NCBI RefSeq assembly: GCF_006345805.1
Contig: NC_043013.1
Span: 24,118,001 to 24,182,000, forward strand
Origin: Octopus sinensis
Lineage: Eukaryota
Reading direction: 5' to 3'
Length of the DNA: 64,000 bases
Of this stretch, positions 46,656 through 61,999 are shown one piece after another. The notes beneath the pieces were generated by a model. It ran no database searches, was not told where the DNA came from, and saw only the letters and a list, made by a program, of their open reading frames with translations. A program made the position numbers and the translations under genes. Position 1 is the stretch's first letter. Each line of letters begins with the position of its first letter.

Positions 46656-47628
46656 TCGCGTTGGGAATACCGACAGATTCCGTGTTATGCGTGTTTTAAC
46701 GTTCAATTTACTGTTTGGTGGTGTTGATGTTGATGTTATTATGGGCTGCGTGCTTTGGCCTTCGCTGGTAGTGTTTGCCTAGATTATGCGTCTAGCGCCA
46801 GGTAGATGTGTGGAGATGCACTCAATACCTGTGCAGAGCCTGTGACGTAGTGAATAGCGGCATATTTAGGGGGTTCTTATTAGTGTCACGGGTGACACAT
46901 TCTATTTCATACTCTTTTACTCTTTTACTTGTTTCAGTCATTTGACTGCGGCCATGCTGGAGCACCGCCTTTAGTCGAGCAACTCGACCCTGGGACTTAT
47001 TATTTTTGTAAGCCCAGTACTTATTCTATCGATCTCTTTTTGCCGAACCGCTAAGTGATGGGGACGTAAACACACCAGCATTGGTTGTCAAGCAATGCTA
47101 GGGGAACAAACACAGACACACAAACACACACACATACATATATATATACACATATATACGACAGGCTTCTTTCAGTTTCCGTCTACCAAATCCACTCACA
47201 AGGCATTGGTCGGCCCGGGGCTATAGCAGAAGACACTTGCCCAAGATGCCACGCAGTGGGATTGAACCCGGACCCATGTGGTTGGTTAGCAAGCTACTTA
47301 CCACACAGCCACTCCTAGTTGTTTTTAGGGTTTTATTTTATACCACAGTAGGATTGAGGTGGTGGTGATGTGGGGGAAGAAAGCAGTCGTTTATTTTTAG
47401 TATTTGAGGTGGTCGAAAACGATGGTGGCAGCGGTGGTAGTGATGATGATGATGATGATGAGGAGGAGGTGGATTGTGGTGGCTGCTGTGAGAGCCGTGT
47501 GTGAGAGATACTGTTGTTCAGTAAATCAGGTTTTATGCTGGAATTTAGGAGCGGCTCTGTTGTTGCTGTTCATGATTTTCTGACTGCTGGGGTTGTTGTT
47601 GTGCTTGACCAATATGTGAAGAATAGAC

Positions 47629-47673
47629 ATATCGAAATCTTTCGTCATACATCTGTGACCTCTTCAGCGACAC
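47629..47673 (-). ncRNA. Hammerhead ribozyme motif
   Basis: gtgtcg-CTGAAGA-G-GTCACA(gatg)TATGAC-GAAAGATTT-cgatat. Stem II is nearly identical to the 25249 motif and a 6-bp stem I with G-U pairs is possible. Confidence 0.6.
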
Positions 47674-48277
47674 TTTTCGTTTCTTCTTGCTCCATTTCTG
47701 GACGATGGACAAGCGTTAAAATAATAGAATAACTATTTCTTTATTAACCACAAGGGGCTAAACATAGAGGGGACAAACAAGGACAGACATAGGTATCAAG
47801 TCGATTACATCGACCCCAGTGCCTAACTGGTACTTAATTTATCGACCTCGAAAGGATGAAAGGTAAAGTCGACCTCGGCGGAATTTGAACTCAGAACGTA
47901 ACGGCAGACGAAATACGGCTACGCATTTCGCCCGGCGTGCTAACGGTTCTGCCAATAGAATAACAGTAATAAAAGAGTGAAGAAAAAAAAATAGTACGTG
48001 TGTTTATTTGACAAGAATAAATAAATAAATGTATCGAAGTACTTCAAAGTGATCCTCAATTAGTTTTAAAAAAAAAACCTCGATGTGTTTTAGTTTATTG
48101 CGTATTTGCTTAACAGTTCGCGTGTTGAATATGTGCGCTGCTTTTTTCGGAAATCTTATTTAGACACGAAAGGCGGCGAGTTGGCAGAAACGTAAAAAAC
48201 GAACGAAATGCCGCCGTTAAGCATTTTGCCCGGCGTACAAGCGATTCAGCCAGTTCGCCCCCACCTTCGGATTTGCC

Positions 48278-48371
<94 letters not shown>

Positions 48372-48508
48372 ATATGTAAATGTAAAAAAATACAAACTGG
48401 GACAAGAACGTGAAACATTTAGAAGACGATACAAAAAACACTGACGGGACATTCGAAGCCTTCAATCTTCAGTCAAGAACCGGATCATCTTCGTAATTTC
48501 GGCTGATT

Positions 48509-48549
<41 letters not shown>

Positions 48550-48829
48550 CAATAGTACCTTGCTTGAATTTAGTTCGTAGTTGGTTGGTTTGAAACAGCA
48601 TCGCTTGTTTGTGAAATTGATATAAAAAAAATAACAATAATAGCAAATAACATGCTTTAACAAAAAAGAAAAAAAAACTTGTTTTAATTCTTCAATTAAT
48701 TTATCATCATTGCTTTTTCTAATTCATCAAAGAAGGAATTTTAACTAGAAGAAGGCGACGAACCAATCTGTGAGTTGGTCCGTTAATGTGTTGAAGTGAA
48801 AATGTTATCGCTGTGCATGATCCTATTTC

Positions 48830-50190
48830 TTTCGGCTCGCTGACCCCCCTCTGCATCAAACCCCACCCTGAACCGCCACCATTTAATTCGTCTCCAAAAT
48901 TCTCACACTAGACAATGCCGGCCGTCCTTTTGTCCCCGTCTCTAACTACCCCACGGAACTTCTCTCGGCGTTCCTTGAGAAAATAGTCACCTCTCGTCGC
49001 TGCTTTATCCTCACTCATAAAAGACCAACTGGCCATGCCCTAAGCCTCTTCGACTTGTTCTCTTTCCCGCTTGGACAGTCCAGACTTTTTTTCGCCAGTG
49101 ACTTTAAATTATTTTACAGATCCATCTCTCAAAATGACAGCCTATCAGCTCTTAAACACTTCCATGTTGACCCCTGCCTGTGATCAACATAACAATACAC
49201 CTTCGGTTCGCCGAGCTTGTCTTAACTCTTAATTATTTTTCTCTCGCAGAAGTTGCTACAAGAACGAGGATAGACTTCAGTTTTGCAAACCGCTCTTCTA
49301 CCCTCTTTACGCATTCCTAGAAACCGGTTTCCACTCTTTCTCACTTTTCATCTGTCTGTCCTTTCATTGAAAGATAAACTCACCGGCAACTTTCATAACC
49401 GCTCTAATCTTTTCCGCACTACTTCTTACCTCAGAAACCTAATAAGGAGCACCGTTGCACTCAGCCCAACACAACCAAACACTTTGAATTGCGCTCACCG
49501 ACAATGAAATCACTCGTCACGAAATCAAAAGTTACGAAATCGCATCATCAAGAACGTCTGCTGCATATCTTTCAACCTTATGTATTGTATCATACGCAAG
49601 CTTCGCTGTGCTCTTTATATTAAGGAGACAGTCCAACGTCTTGCCTGTCGCTTTCAGGTGAACATTCAAATTATACTATCATGTATGCTTGGCCAACCTG
49701 TTACCAGTCACTTCAACACAGGGGGATATTCCATTACTCACTTAACAGTATGCGGCATTTCCTCAACCCTGGATCCACGCCTCCAAGGAAACAGAAGGAC
49801 TAACGTTTCATATTCGAACTTGACACGAGGTCAGCGACATGTTCAAATGAATATCTTGCTTCTACACTTGCGCCTCCTCTAATTTCATTAAACTCTTTCT
49901 TATTCTTCAACTCTCCCTCTCACATCAAGTTTTCACTTCATCTCACTCTCACCCTCTTCCACTCCTCCCCTCGTCCTCCTCCTTCAATTTCTCTTTTCTT
50001 TTATCTCTCTCACCAAGTTCTTTCTCCTACTAATTCATGCCCAGAAATAAAGATCATGTTGTCTTTGGTTCCTCATCAGTTACAGTCAGTTTCTCAAACA
50101 CAGACAATGTAAAACTCAGTTGTCTCTTATTAATTTCTTTCCTTTCAATTTTTCCCTGAAGAAAGATTCTTTCCGAAACGTTAGATTTTT
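48830..50190 (+). mobile_element. Degenerate Penelope-like element 3' part (GIY-YIG) with decayed hammerhead at ~50153-50185
   Basis: ORF 49580..49882 (YCI..LYIKET..RLACRF..GQPVTSHFN). Downstream CTGAAGA..CGAAACGTT lies in the same orientation. Confidence 0.7.
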
Positions 50191-51059
50191 CACTTCCCAC
50201 GGTAATTTTATTCATTTTCTTGATTTCCCTCTCATTCCGTCTCTGTTTCTGCTTTTTTCTGTCTTTTTGTTTTAGTGTGTGTGTGTGTGTGTGTGCCTGT
50301 TTGTCTGTCTTTCTGTCTTTCTGTCTCTCACGCCCTCTATGGCTAGAATTTACTCTGTTTATAATTATACCACATCTTACACACACACACACATATATAT
50401 GAATGCTTGTAAGTATATATGTATATGTCTGTAATTATGTATGAGCTTAACTGTGTGTCTTTGCGTATGTTCTCACCCCAATCTTCTACCTTTTTGCGTT
50501 TGATCCACGATACAAAACGCTCATATTATCGAATACTTCGTTCTGGAAATACTTTTGCAATCACTGAATATTTTCCTTCACTAAATACAAATATATGTAT
50601 AGTTATAATCACTTGTATTTGGCCGTTATATTATGACCCGCACTATGAATTTTGTTATCTTGCAAACCCTCAGACACATACACAAGGTATTGAGTTTTCC
50701 GAAGCGGATAAATAAAAAGTAAAAGAGTAACTTCATACTTAACTGAAATATTATAATTGGAAATGGTATAAAATCGCATTCGGTTATCATGGTGGCGGTG
50801 GTGGGGGTCAAGCATAAAAAAAACCCCATTCTTATTGTTATATTTTCTTTAATTATATATTTTTTCATAGTCATTGGCAGTTCTGAAATTAAGAATCTCA
50901 TGTTTATTTCTTTATATAAGATGAAATTGCTTCCTTTTAAAACTCATTAATTTGCGGTTTCCCCGTGTAGATTATTTTTCTAATGTGAAATTCAAATATA
51001 ATCATCGCTTAAAGAGGTTTTTGAGTGTGTAACTGTTTAGTGTGAACCAAAGGTAACCA

Positions 51060-52760
51060 GACTGATTTGCATAAACAAAAACTTGGGGGAGAAACACTCA
51101 TCATGGCGACAGAAAGTTATGCATGGTTTGTTTCCCCGAGCTAGAGAATATTGTCAGTATTAATAGGAATATTTGCATCTCCTGGACCTATAACAGATGC
51201 ATTACTTTTCGCCTGAAAGGGCCACGACACATTTACGGAACAGGTGATATCCACAAAATACAGGAGAATTAAGGGTACCTCTAGACCTCCATGCTATGAT
51301 AGAATATACCGATTGTGTTACACCAGTCTGGAAGACATCATCCACCTCATCATGAACTGTCTAAGAATCTCTGCAAGTCGCTACAAGGAAATTGTCAAGA
51401 AGACAGTATTGCAACACAGGAAATCAAGATCGGATACCGTCGGTTGGAGAACTATCAAGAGAAATTTCAAAGGGCTTTTCAACTGAGCCAGCACCCATAC
51501 CAATTCTAGAAAGACTCTAAAGAAAATCCCTTCACTTGTTTACACGGGGAGAACGAGGAGCTGCTGGTATGTAAAATATAATTGTGTGAACAAGTCACGT
51601 TCGCCGAGGAATGAAAAGCTAACAAAATCAGTCAGCAGAAATACGCAGCAAATAAACACTATCAATAGCTCAATAGATTCTGCCTTGGAAAAAAATAGTT
51701 AAAAAATTGAATCATGACTAAAAACAATAATACAAAACTAGGATTATCATCACTATTGCACGGCCACGCTTACAAACAAATCATAAATAAGTGAATGATA
51801 GAAATAACTCACAGCATAGCTTACACAACATTTAAAGAGATATATTTACATTAAAACTCACAAAACAAAACGATTATGACACACAATAGAAAATATACTG
51901 ACTTGGTATTATCCGTGATCGATCAAGTTACTAAAGCATACATTGACCAAATTATCGTTTTTGTCCATTAAACGGTAACACGTGCCTGAAAACCAAGGAA
52001 AACACCGTGCATGCTTAAATGTTATACTATAAATTACAAAACAAAGGATATGGTGACTAATGAGGGTTTGAGCTGGAAGGTGTTCCTAGCAATTAATTCC
52101 TCATCAAGAGAGATGTTCTGTTGGAAGCAAAGCAGCAAGATACCTACAACAGAAGCAGGAAGGCAATCCTCTCTGGCACCTTTTATAGATACATCACATC
52201 TCAACTAAAAGGATATGTCGTTTGCTATTCAAGAACAACAGGTAGCTTCTAAATATCTAATCATGCAAAGACATAGGGATGCCTTCAAACATTTACGTTT
52301 TGACGGATGATTTTTGGGAAGATACAGATTATATCTGTCGTCACAACAGTGTGGAAGATATCATCAGCATCGGTTCAAATTTGTCTGCAAGGTAGTATCT
52401 TCAAGTGAGATATAAGATTTTTAGCAAAGATATTTACGTTACTATCCGAAGTAATGATTGTCTTAACGGTCATAAAACAAACACATCAGAATCGGAATAT
52501 ATCGAAGCCTTGGGGAATAAGGAATACTGCTGGAACATTCTGGAGTAAACATATAAGAACTGCTATACAGGTCAGTTGCTTAGTGGATGTAGATGTCTCG
52601 TCGAAAATTGTGGAAATAGAGAACATCGAAGGTGAACTATAGCGGAACTAACAGATCCTGCATCCAGGCTCTATACATTTTCATTTGTAACTGTTATGTT
52701 GAAACAGACTCGCACAAAAACCAGGAATGCCGCTGTTTCCCGATTTAGCCTCAACATCCA
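51060..52760 (+). mobile_element. Very degenerate RLE-type LINE remnants (two pieces, ~51060-51540 and ~52250-52760)
   Basis: Decayed knuckle-like and RLE-like segments resembling 59311-60100. Confidence 0.45.
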
Positions 52761-54349
52761 ATCAATTTGTATAGAGAAGATTTGTCAAATATTTCAAAGA
52801 TTCTCCATTTGAATTTCCTGGAATGAATAGATTACACACAATTATAGGCGTGCATTGGTGTTGCGCGCGCGTCTTAATATATCCACACAGCTTTGGACCT
52901 GTCTTGAAAAAAAAAACAAAAAAAAAGACTTCCCCCCACAAGCTCATCACTTTGAATTCTGCGAAGAACTTGAAGAAAAAAAACATACATGTATTGATTG
53001 CTAAAAGAAGTGTGATAGAATATATTTGTCGACATTCACCTGGAGAGACATTACTTAGTGTTTGTCTAATAACTTGATTTAAAGAAGATGTTAATATGAA
53101 AACAATGTGATCAAACAAAATTTACCATTTTTCTCGTTCTGAAAGCTGTACTCCATCGTGGACATAGTTGTGATTGCTAAAACAAGCTAAAGAACGAAAG
53201 CATTAAAAAAAAAAAACTGTCCAGAATAATGAGAAAAATTCATTGCAGGCGAAGGGCCTCTGCTTGGTCGTCTGATCTCCGACGAATAATAGCCAAATCT
53301 CTTTGAAATAGCATCTTACTATCCTAAGTAAGTGAAGGACCTTAAATAATGTAGTTTTAAATGCATTCTTAAGAAGGCGGTGGTGGGTGGTCACTGGTGA
53401 AATGCTTTTGATCCTAGATCTGTTTGATCAGAGCAGACTTGGGGGTTAAATAGCTAGAATAAGGACTTTACTACAAGGCGAAAGAAAGTCTGACGAAGCA
53501 GAACGAGGAAGCGAGAAAAACAAAAACAAAAAAAAAAACGGATCAAAACAAAAAACCCCAAACGATCGTTTATCTGAAGTGTACGACTATCTTAGCAACA
53601 TATCTGCATGGATGGAGAGAAGAGAAAATGGATAAATTCGAAGGTGAAGAAAGACTATGGCGAAGTGGAATATTGAAGATGCAGTAGCAGACGGGGGGGG
53701 GGGTTGAGTAATCACGTGATTGTTGTTGATAGATTCGCCAAACGTCGAGGCTGAAGAATACGGGGAATACATTGGTCGTGAAAATGAGATAAACTGAAGT
53801 AAATAACAGTTTGGTGGTTTGTGGTGGATGTTTGGAAGATGGAAAAGGGAAGAGCAAGAAAGGAGAGCAAGAAGAAGCGAGTGAGAGAGAGAGAGAGAGA
53901 GGAGAAAGATATGTTCGTATGAGTGGATATGGGTGCATATGTATGCATGTATGTGTGTATGTTTGTGTGTATGTATGTGTGTGTATGTATGTGTTTATAG
54001 ACATACATATACATATATATATATGTGTGTGTGTGTGTGTGCTTATGCATGTATGAATGAATGAACGTATGTATGTGTTTATATACATACATACATTACA
54101 TACATACATACACATACATACATATACATATATGTGTGTGTGCTTATGTATGTATGAATGTATGTATATGTCTGTATGTATTATGTATGTATGTATGTAT
54201 GTATTATGTATGTATGTATGTATGTATTATGTGTTGTGACTCATACATATACACATACATCATACATACACAAGCATTCATTCCCGTACATGCATACTGT
54301 GTCTATATGTGTATGTGCTGTGTGTACATGTTTGTACATGAGTGGGTGA

Positions 54350-54422
<73 letters not shown>

Positions 54423-54999
54423 CTGTACGTATATAAGCGCATATCTATGAAACGTTTCGAATGGCCAGTGGTGAGTGTGTCCAGTCAATAGCAGCAATTC
54501 TATCCTCGCTTGTCATCTTTTACAGAAGAAACGACGAAAATGGGGAAGAAAGAAAAAAGAAAGAAGAAATGAATGATCAAGAGAAAACAGTTTGAAGGAA
54601 GGAAGGAAGAAAATAAAGAACAACCAAAAATACTAGAAAAGCAAAGAAGAACTCAGAGTGAAGAAAGAAAGAAAAGAAAAGATGGAAGAAAATAGGCTAA
54701 AAGTAGAAGAAGAAGAAGGGAAAAGAAAGAAAGAAAAGATGGAAGAAAATAGGCTAAAAGTAGAAGAAGAAGAAGGGAAAAGAAAGAAAGAATAGGGAGT
54801 TTTAGAAGGGGAAAGGTGTAGGGAGAGTGTTGTTTAGGTGCGAGGGAGAGAGAGAGAGAGGGGGAGAGAAGAGAGGGGGGAAAGTGGGAAGGTTAGAGAG
54901 AAGAAAAGAGGGGATGAAATTGAGAAAGGGAACACGAAAAAAGACTGAAATAATGGAAGAAATATATTGTATGTATGTATGCATGTATGTAAATAAATT

Positions 55000-55107
<108 letters not shown>

Positions 55108-55259
55108 ATTATATCTACATCTATATACATACATACATAAACATATATACATGCGTGTATGCGTTTGAAATAACGAAATTTAAGGAAGGAACTATCAGTT
55201 TAATATCAACGTGCGTGCGAGCTGTGTATGTGTGCATGTGTGTGTGTGTGTGTGTGTGC

Positions 55260-55290
<31 letters not shown>

Positions 55291-56768
55291 CATGTGTGTG
55301 TGTGTGTGTATGTGTGTGTGTGTGGATTATGATGTGGAAGGTAGAAGGTGAGTGCAATGAAAGGAAGTCTCCACTGAGTTGAATAATAGTGACATACAAG
55401 TTAGTATAATGGAGTTGATAGACGTGCTGAAGGTGAGTGGGCGAGCAGGAGTGGTGGGCACGGCGATGTAAGGAGGGGATGTGAGGGAGACAGCGAGTGT
55501 GTGTGTTCGCATGTGTGTGTGTGTGTGTGTATGTGTGTGTGGGTGTGAATACGGATTGGTGGTGGTGGTGGTGGTGGTGGCTGTAGCAGAAGAAGAAGAA
55601 GAAGAAGAAAAGAAGAAGAAGAAGAAGAGAAGAAGAAGAAGAAGAAGAAGAAGAAGAAGAGATAATAGAACGGTAGAGATGTGTTTAGTGAAGAAGTGGC
55701 AGAACCAGGTGGAGGAAAGAACATTCTGCGAATAGGCAGCGAGAGCGCTGTGTGTAGCAAGACAGATTAAGTGTATATGAAAGCCGGACGAAAGGAAAGA
55801 GGAATCTCTGAAGGAGAGAGATGGGTGGCGGCGAGAGATAGTTGCATGTAGGAAATGGCATCGTTCTTCAGTGAGTAGTATCTCGACTGAATGATGCTTA
55901 ATTTAAAGAGTAATTACAATACGGAGTTAGATTAGTACCGGTAGACACGCAATACCAGCTGCGAAGACGTCACGACTTTCACAAGAGAATTAGTTTCTTG
56001 TGCCTTATGTGATGGACCTCTATTTATACGGAATTTTTGTTTTAAATCTTCATCACTCGAGCCGGTTCTGGCAACATAATCCCCCTTTAAAGTTGCTTTA
56101 AGGTAAGTCATCCTTTCTGGCTTATGAAAACTGTAAAACGATCTCGAAAATTCTGTTTATTACCGAAAATATTTAGCTAAAGGAAAGTACGTTGTTTAGC
56201 ATGATTCACAGAAAAACCAAAATGATTTACTAAAACGCAACCGTGTTTACGTGTGTGGCTGACAGCTTAGTTTCACTTTTGAAATAAAACGGAAAATACA
56301 AATATGTTTTTCGTCTGTTTTTCATTGTTTCGGAATAAAAATAATAGAGAGAAATTATTTAGTGTTGCTGAGTGAAGGACATTTCTTTGGCGTTAACTGC
56401 TTGAAGGACACTTGCGTTGCTAACTGAATGACTTTTAGTTGGCGCAGCTAAGAGATCGACATATATTTTGAAATAGTCTTGACAAAATGCTGTTGTATTT
56501 GAGTAGATTTACCCCAAGGTACCATCTGCGGTATTTCAGCACATGGACGTACATTGTCAAATACTATTTTGCGTTCACGTTAAAGAGTGTATGTATGTAT
56601 GTATGTATGTATGTATGTATGTATGTATGTATGTATGTATGTATGTATGTTTGTTTATGTACACACACACACACACAACTATCATGTATGTATATATGTA
56701 CATATGCGTGTGTGTATATATATATATGAGTGCGTGTGTATACATACGCCTCTTCCCTCACATACATA

Positions 56769-56810
<42 letters not shown>

Positions 56811-57592
56811 GCGTGAATTAAGAAACGGTGGCGATGGAAATTTTGTAAATAGAATTATAAGCCTTCACAGTATATTGACGATAGAAAATATATTTCTTTA
56901 CTGCCCACAAGGGGCTAAACATAGAAGGGGACAAACAAGGACACACAAAGGGATTAAGTCGATTACATCGACCCCAGTTGGAAACTGGTACTTTATTTAT
57001 CGACCACGAAAGGATGAAAGGCAAAGTCGACCTCGGCGGAATTTGAACTCAGAACGTAACGACAGAAGAAATACGGCTACGCATTTCGCCCGGCGTGCTA
57101 ACGTTTCTAGGGCCTAGAAACTCCCGAGCTTTATATCCCTTAATATTAGGTTATTTTCTATAGTCAATATACGGCGTAGGCTCATGATTCTATTCGAATA
57201 TCAATAATATTAATATTATATAAACACAGAGAGGGCGGCGTGGTGGCAGAATGGTTAGTGCGTCGAGCAAAGTGCATAGAGGCATTTCGTCGGCCTGTAC
57301 GTTCCGAATTCGAATTCCGCTGCCGAGGTCGACTTTACTTTTCATTCTTTCGAGGTCGATAAAATAAGTACCAGTTACGCACTGGGGTCGATGTAATTGA
57401 TTAATCCCATCTCTAGAAATTGCTGACCTTTTATCAAAATCGAAACCATATGCGCGCGCGTTACGTCTCTTCTGAAGAGACTCTGTAAAGTCAAGCACTT
57501 TATGGACGCGAAACCCTGGGTAACACCATAGACCGACCATGACTACCTTTATCTAATTACTATCCTGCTCTTTCGGATTTATGATTTACTGA

Positions 57593-57696
<104 letters not shown>

Positions 57697-59019
57697 CATA
57701 CATGCATGCATAGGAAGATGTATATATACATTTAAGTGTGTGTGTATCTATAAACATTACACAGGCAAATGTGTGTGTTTATAAGATACAAGATGAATGA
57801 ACAATTTTGACCAATTTATCAGATTCAAGATACGTAAGTTCCACGTCTCCCTGACACAAAACAAAATTAAAACAATGATAGCTAAAAACGATAAACATCA
57901 TTCTAATTAACTATGAGTTAAATGTATGTGTGTCTCAAACATACATACATACACACATACAATTTGTACATATGTTTACATGTACATATATTCACACGTC
58001 TAATGTAGAGAGCTTCTTCCTGGTTCTTCCCAAACTAAGCATGTCAACAACCCTATATACCACTACCACTATCCCCCCACCACCAACAACAACAACAATA
58101 CTCCCTGTAACAGGAATTTGGGTGGGATTGGAGATAAAACATTCAACTACGAACTCATACTTGCATACATACATACATACATACATACATACACATACAT
58201 ACATACATACATACATACATACATACATGCATACAGGCACATACATACAAATATACATATACGTACACATACATATTTACATACACGTGGATATATACAT
58301 ACGCTCATATATACATGAGTGTATATATACTAGGAGTGGCTGTATGGTAAATAGCTTGTCTACCAACCACACGCTTCCAGGATCAGTCCCATTGTGTGGC
58401 ATCTTGAGCAAGTGTCTTCTACTACAGCCTGGAGCCGACCAAAGCCTTGTGAGTAGATTTGGTAGACGGAAATTGAAAGAAGCCTGTCGTATGTATATGT
58501 GCGTATGTGTGTGTGCGTGTATATATATTTGTGTGTCTGAGTTTGTCCCCCCTCCCGCCATCGCTTGGCAACCAATGTTGGTGTGTTTACGTCTCCGTAA
58601 CTTAGCGGTTCGGCAAAAAAGACCGATAGAATAAGTACAAGGTTTACAAAAGAATAAGTGCTGGAGTCGACTTGTTTGACTAAAGGCAGTGCTCTAGCGT
58701 GGCCGGAGTCAAATTTTGCATTATGTAGCTTGTTATTCTCTTTAAGTGAACATTTTTCTGGTTGAAATACACCGAAAAAGGGCGACACAGCAGTCAAAAA
58801 ATCGTAAAAAAAATAGGGATTTTCATAGAAAAAAAGTACCTTTTTGATGTAAATAATATTTGGTGTCAACATGGTCCAATTTGAATTTTATCTTCCACGG
58901 AATGAAGAGCAAGCCTTCTTCTATCATACTTTCAATTTTGGTCAAATTGCGCCGCAGGGTTTCGGAGAGATAGTGTTAGTTGAAGGCTACCAAACCTGCC
59001 ATACACAGTACAACTTCAG

Positions 59020-59127
<108 letters not shown>

Positions 59128-59139
59128 GTATATATTATA

Positions 59140-59192
<53 letters not shown>

Positions 59193-59310
59193 TCGTACAT
59201 GCATGCATGCGTACACATACATATATTCTTACATGCATACAACTACATACATACATACATACATACATACATACATACATACATACATACATAGAGACAA
59301 ACATACACTC

Positions 59311-60100
59311 GATTGGACGCTTGATGAGATCCGAGTCATTGATGGGAAAACCCGAAAAATACTTACTAGCACAAATAATTTTTACATCAACAGCGACGTA
59401 AACAACATCTGCCTAAAACGAAAACAAGGAGGCAGACGCTTAACATTGATCCAAGTGTTAGCGGAAAGCACTTGGATGATAGTAACATTGAGCATCAAAG
59501 CAGTCTATCGTGGACCAGCAACCGGATTACTAACTCTCATTTTGAAGAGTATACGTTTGCAATCCTGGAACAATAAATAGCATCGGAATACCCAATGCAC
59601 AAGAGGAAGAGACGCTGGAAAAACACTAAAATGTGATAATCGATGCAGACTTTGTGGAGTTAGCACTGAAGATATCAACAACATCATAAGCAGTTGTCCG
59701 AAAATGTCATCACGGTTTTATCTACCGATGAGACATGGTGTTGCAGCAAAGATACTGTAAAATGAAATCCGTTGGAATGATAATCCAGAGGCCAAACAGA
59801 TATGTCCGCACAGTGGGGTAGAGGCTATAGACGCTTATAATCTGTTAAGAGTACTGCTGGAATGTCTCTGGGAAAACCTCAATAAAATGCAAATGTAAAA
59901 GACCAGATATATTGATGTGGGACAAAGAAGGGAAACTCTGCAGAGCATAGGAAATCAGTGAGCCAACGGATGTTAAGAGAAAGCTAAAGGTCATTGAGAG
60001 AGTTGACACTGAACTATCGAGATATTTATAGTTACTCTATCCGGATTACAAGTTCAGGTTTATACCTGCAATTAATGGGACACTGGAATATGCAAGTATA
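59311..60100 (+). mobile_element. Degenerate R4/Dong-like LINE 3' fragment
   Basis: [42 protein letters not shown] and KRPDI motifs. Confidence 0.75.
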
Positions 60101-60177
60101 TTAAACACACATTACTTTTCACATACCCGATGGGTACACGTATGTATGTATTCTGCATATCCATGTGCTTCTGTGTT

Positions 60178-60223
<46 letters not shown>

Positions 60224-60556
60224 TGTATGTGTGTACGAGCGTATTTGTATGTATCTCTGTCTCCTTGTGTGCACATATTTGCGTGTGTTTGTGTATGGGT
60301 TTGTCTGACTATGTATGTGCATCTGTTATGTATGGATGTGTGTGAAGTGTGCGTGTGGGTATATGGTAATGTATTTCAGTTTTCATTTGTATGTATGTGT
60401 GAATGTATGTATGTATGAGTGTATGTGTGTGTGTGCTCGTCTGTCCGTATTACTTATGTACCTATCTATCTGTATATCTACCTGTCCATAAACGTACCCA
60501 TTTACCCACATATATGTGCATATACACACACACATAAATACATACATCTGTCTGTG

Positions 60557-60647
<91 letters not shown>

Positions 60648-60648
60648 A

Positions 60649-60698
<50 letters not shown>

Positions 60699-60715
60699 CA
60701 TATATATATACATAC

Positions 60716-60746
<31 letters not shown>

Positions 60747-60754
60747 ATATATAT

Positions 60755-60873
<119 letters not shown>

Positions 60874-60965
60874 ATCCAACAAGAAAACAAGAAAACAAAA
60901 AAAACACAACAACGCGAGGACGTGGAACAAATATAGTATCATTGGACGCTCAGGAAAGAAGGAGG

Positions 60966-61000
60966 GTTTAACATTTCGAGCGGAGCTCTTCGTCGGAAAC
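60966..61000 (-). ncRNA. Minimal hammerhead motif, U4C core variant, stem III altered
   Basis: gttt-CCGACGA-A-GAGC(tcc)GCTC-GAA-ATGT-T-aaac. Perfect 4-bp stems I and II. Confidence 0.55.
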
Positions 61001-61202
61001 ATAGGAGAAGGAAAGATCCAGAGAAGAGAAGACAGAGGGAAAAAAATCGCCAACGGTACACACGAGGTCAAGTAAATGAGTGGAATCAAACCGGTGAGTG
61101 TGTTAGTTAATAAGACATTAAAATAGAATGACTCTCCCCAGACCACAATAAAATATGCTTCAACACGAATTCACATAAAGAATCTTGCAAACCAAATACA
61201 AA

Positions 61203-61245
<43 letters not shown>

Positions 61246-61689
61246 CTCTTTTACTCTTTTACTCTTTTACTTGTTTCAGTCATTTGACTGCGGCCATGCT
61301 GGAGCACCGCCTTTAGTCGAGGAAATCGACCCCGGGACTTAGTCTTTTGTAAGCCCAGTACTTATTCTATGGGTTTCTTTTGCCGAACCGCTAAGTGACG
61401 GCGACGTAAACACGTAAACATCGGTTGTCAAGCAATGCTAGGGGGACAAACACAGACACACAAACATATACACACACATACATATATATATACATATATA
61501 CGACAGGCTTCTTTCAGTTTCCGTCTACCAAATCCACCCACAAGGCATTGGTCGGCCCGGGGCTATAGTAGAAGACACTTGCCCAAGATGCCACGCAGTG
61601 GGACTGAACCCGGAACCATGTGACTGGTAAGCAAGCTACTTACCACACAGCCACTCCTGCGCCTTTTCCATAACATATATATATATGTA

Positions 61690-61725
<36 letters not shown>

Positions 61726-61999
61726 TGTATGTATGTATGTATGTATGTATGTGTATAAATATATATATATATATAAGCCGACATTAATTGAGTCGCCTTA
61801 ATGTCATAGGCAACCCAAGTCTCCTCGTCTGTTTTTTTCTTGGCGTAGGTACTTCGAACTTCATTATCCAATGTACCTTTAAAGATAGAGTATGATTTAA
61901 GGGAGATTTATTTCTAAAACAGTTATCAAGAAAGCCGTCGCTGTTGATGTTGTGTAATCTAGGATGAAACTTAATCCAGCAGAACTATGGCATGCAGTT

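Noticed and set aside
48440-48470. Hammerhead-like CTGAAGA..GAA on the minus strand
   Set aside because: No plausible stem II loop, GAAA incomplete, and stem I does not pair.
53238-53335. Apparent AG...GTAAGT exon
   Set aside because: Stops in all three frames and a weak polypyrimidine tract. At best non-coding, and unsupported.
53491-53520. CTGACGA followed by purine-rich sequence
   Set aside because: No stem II pairing and no correctly placed GAAA.
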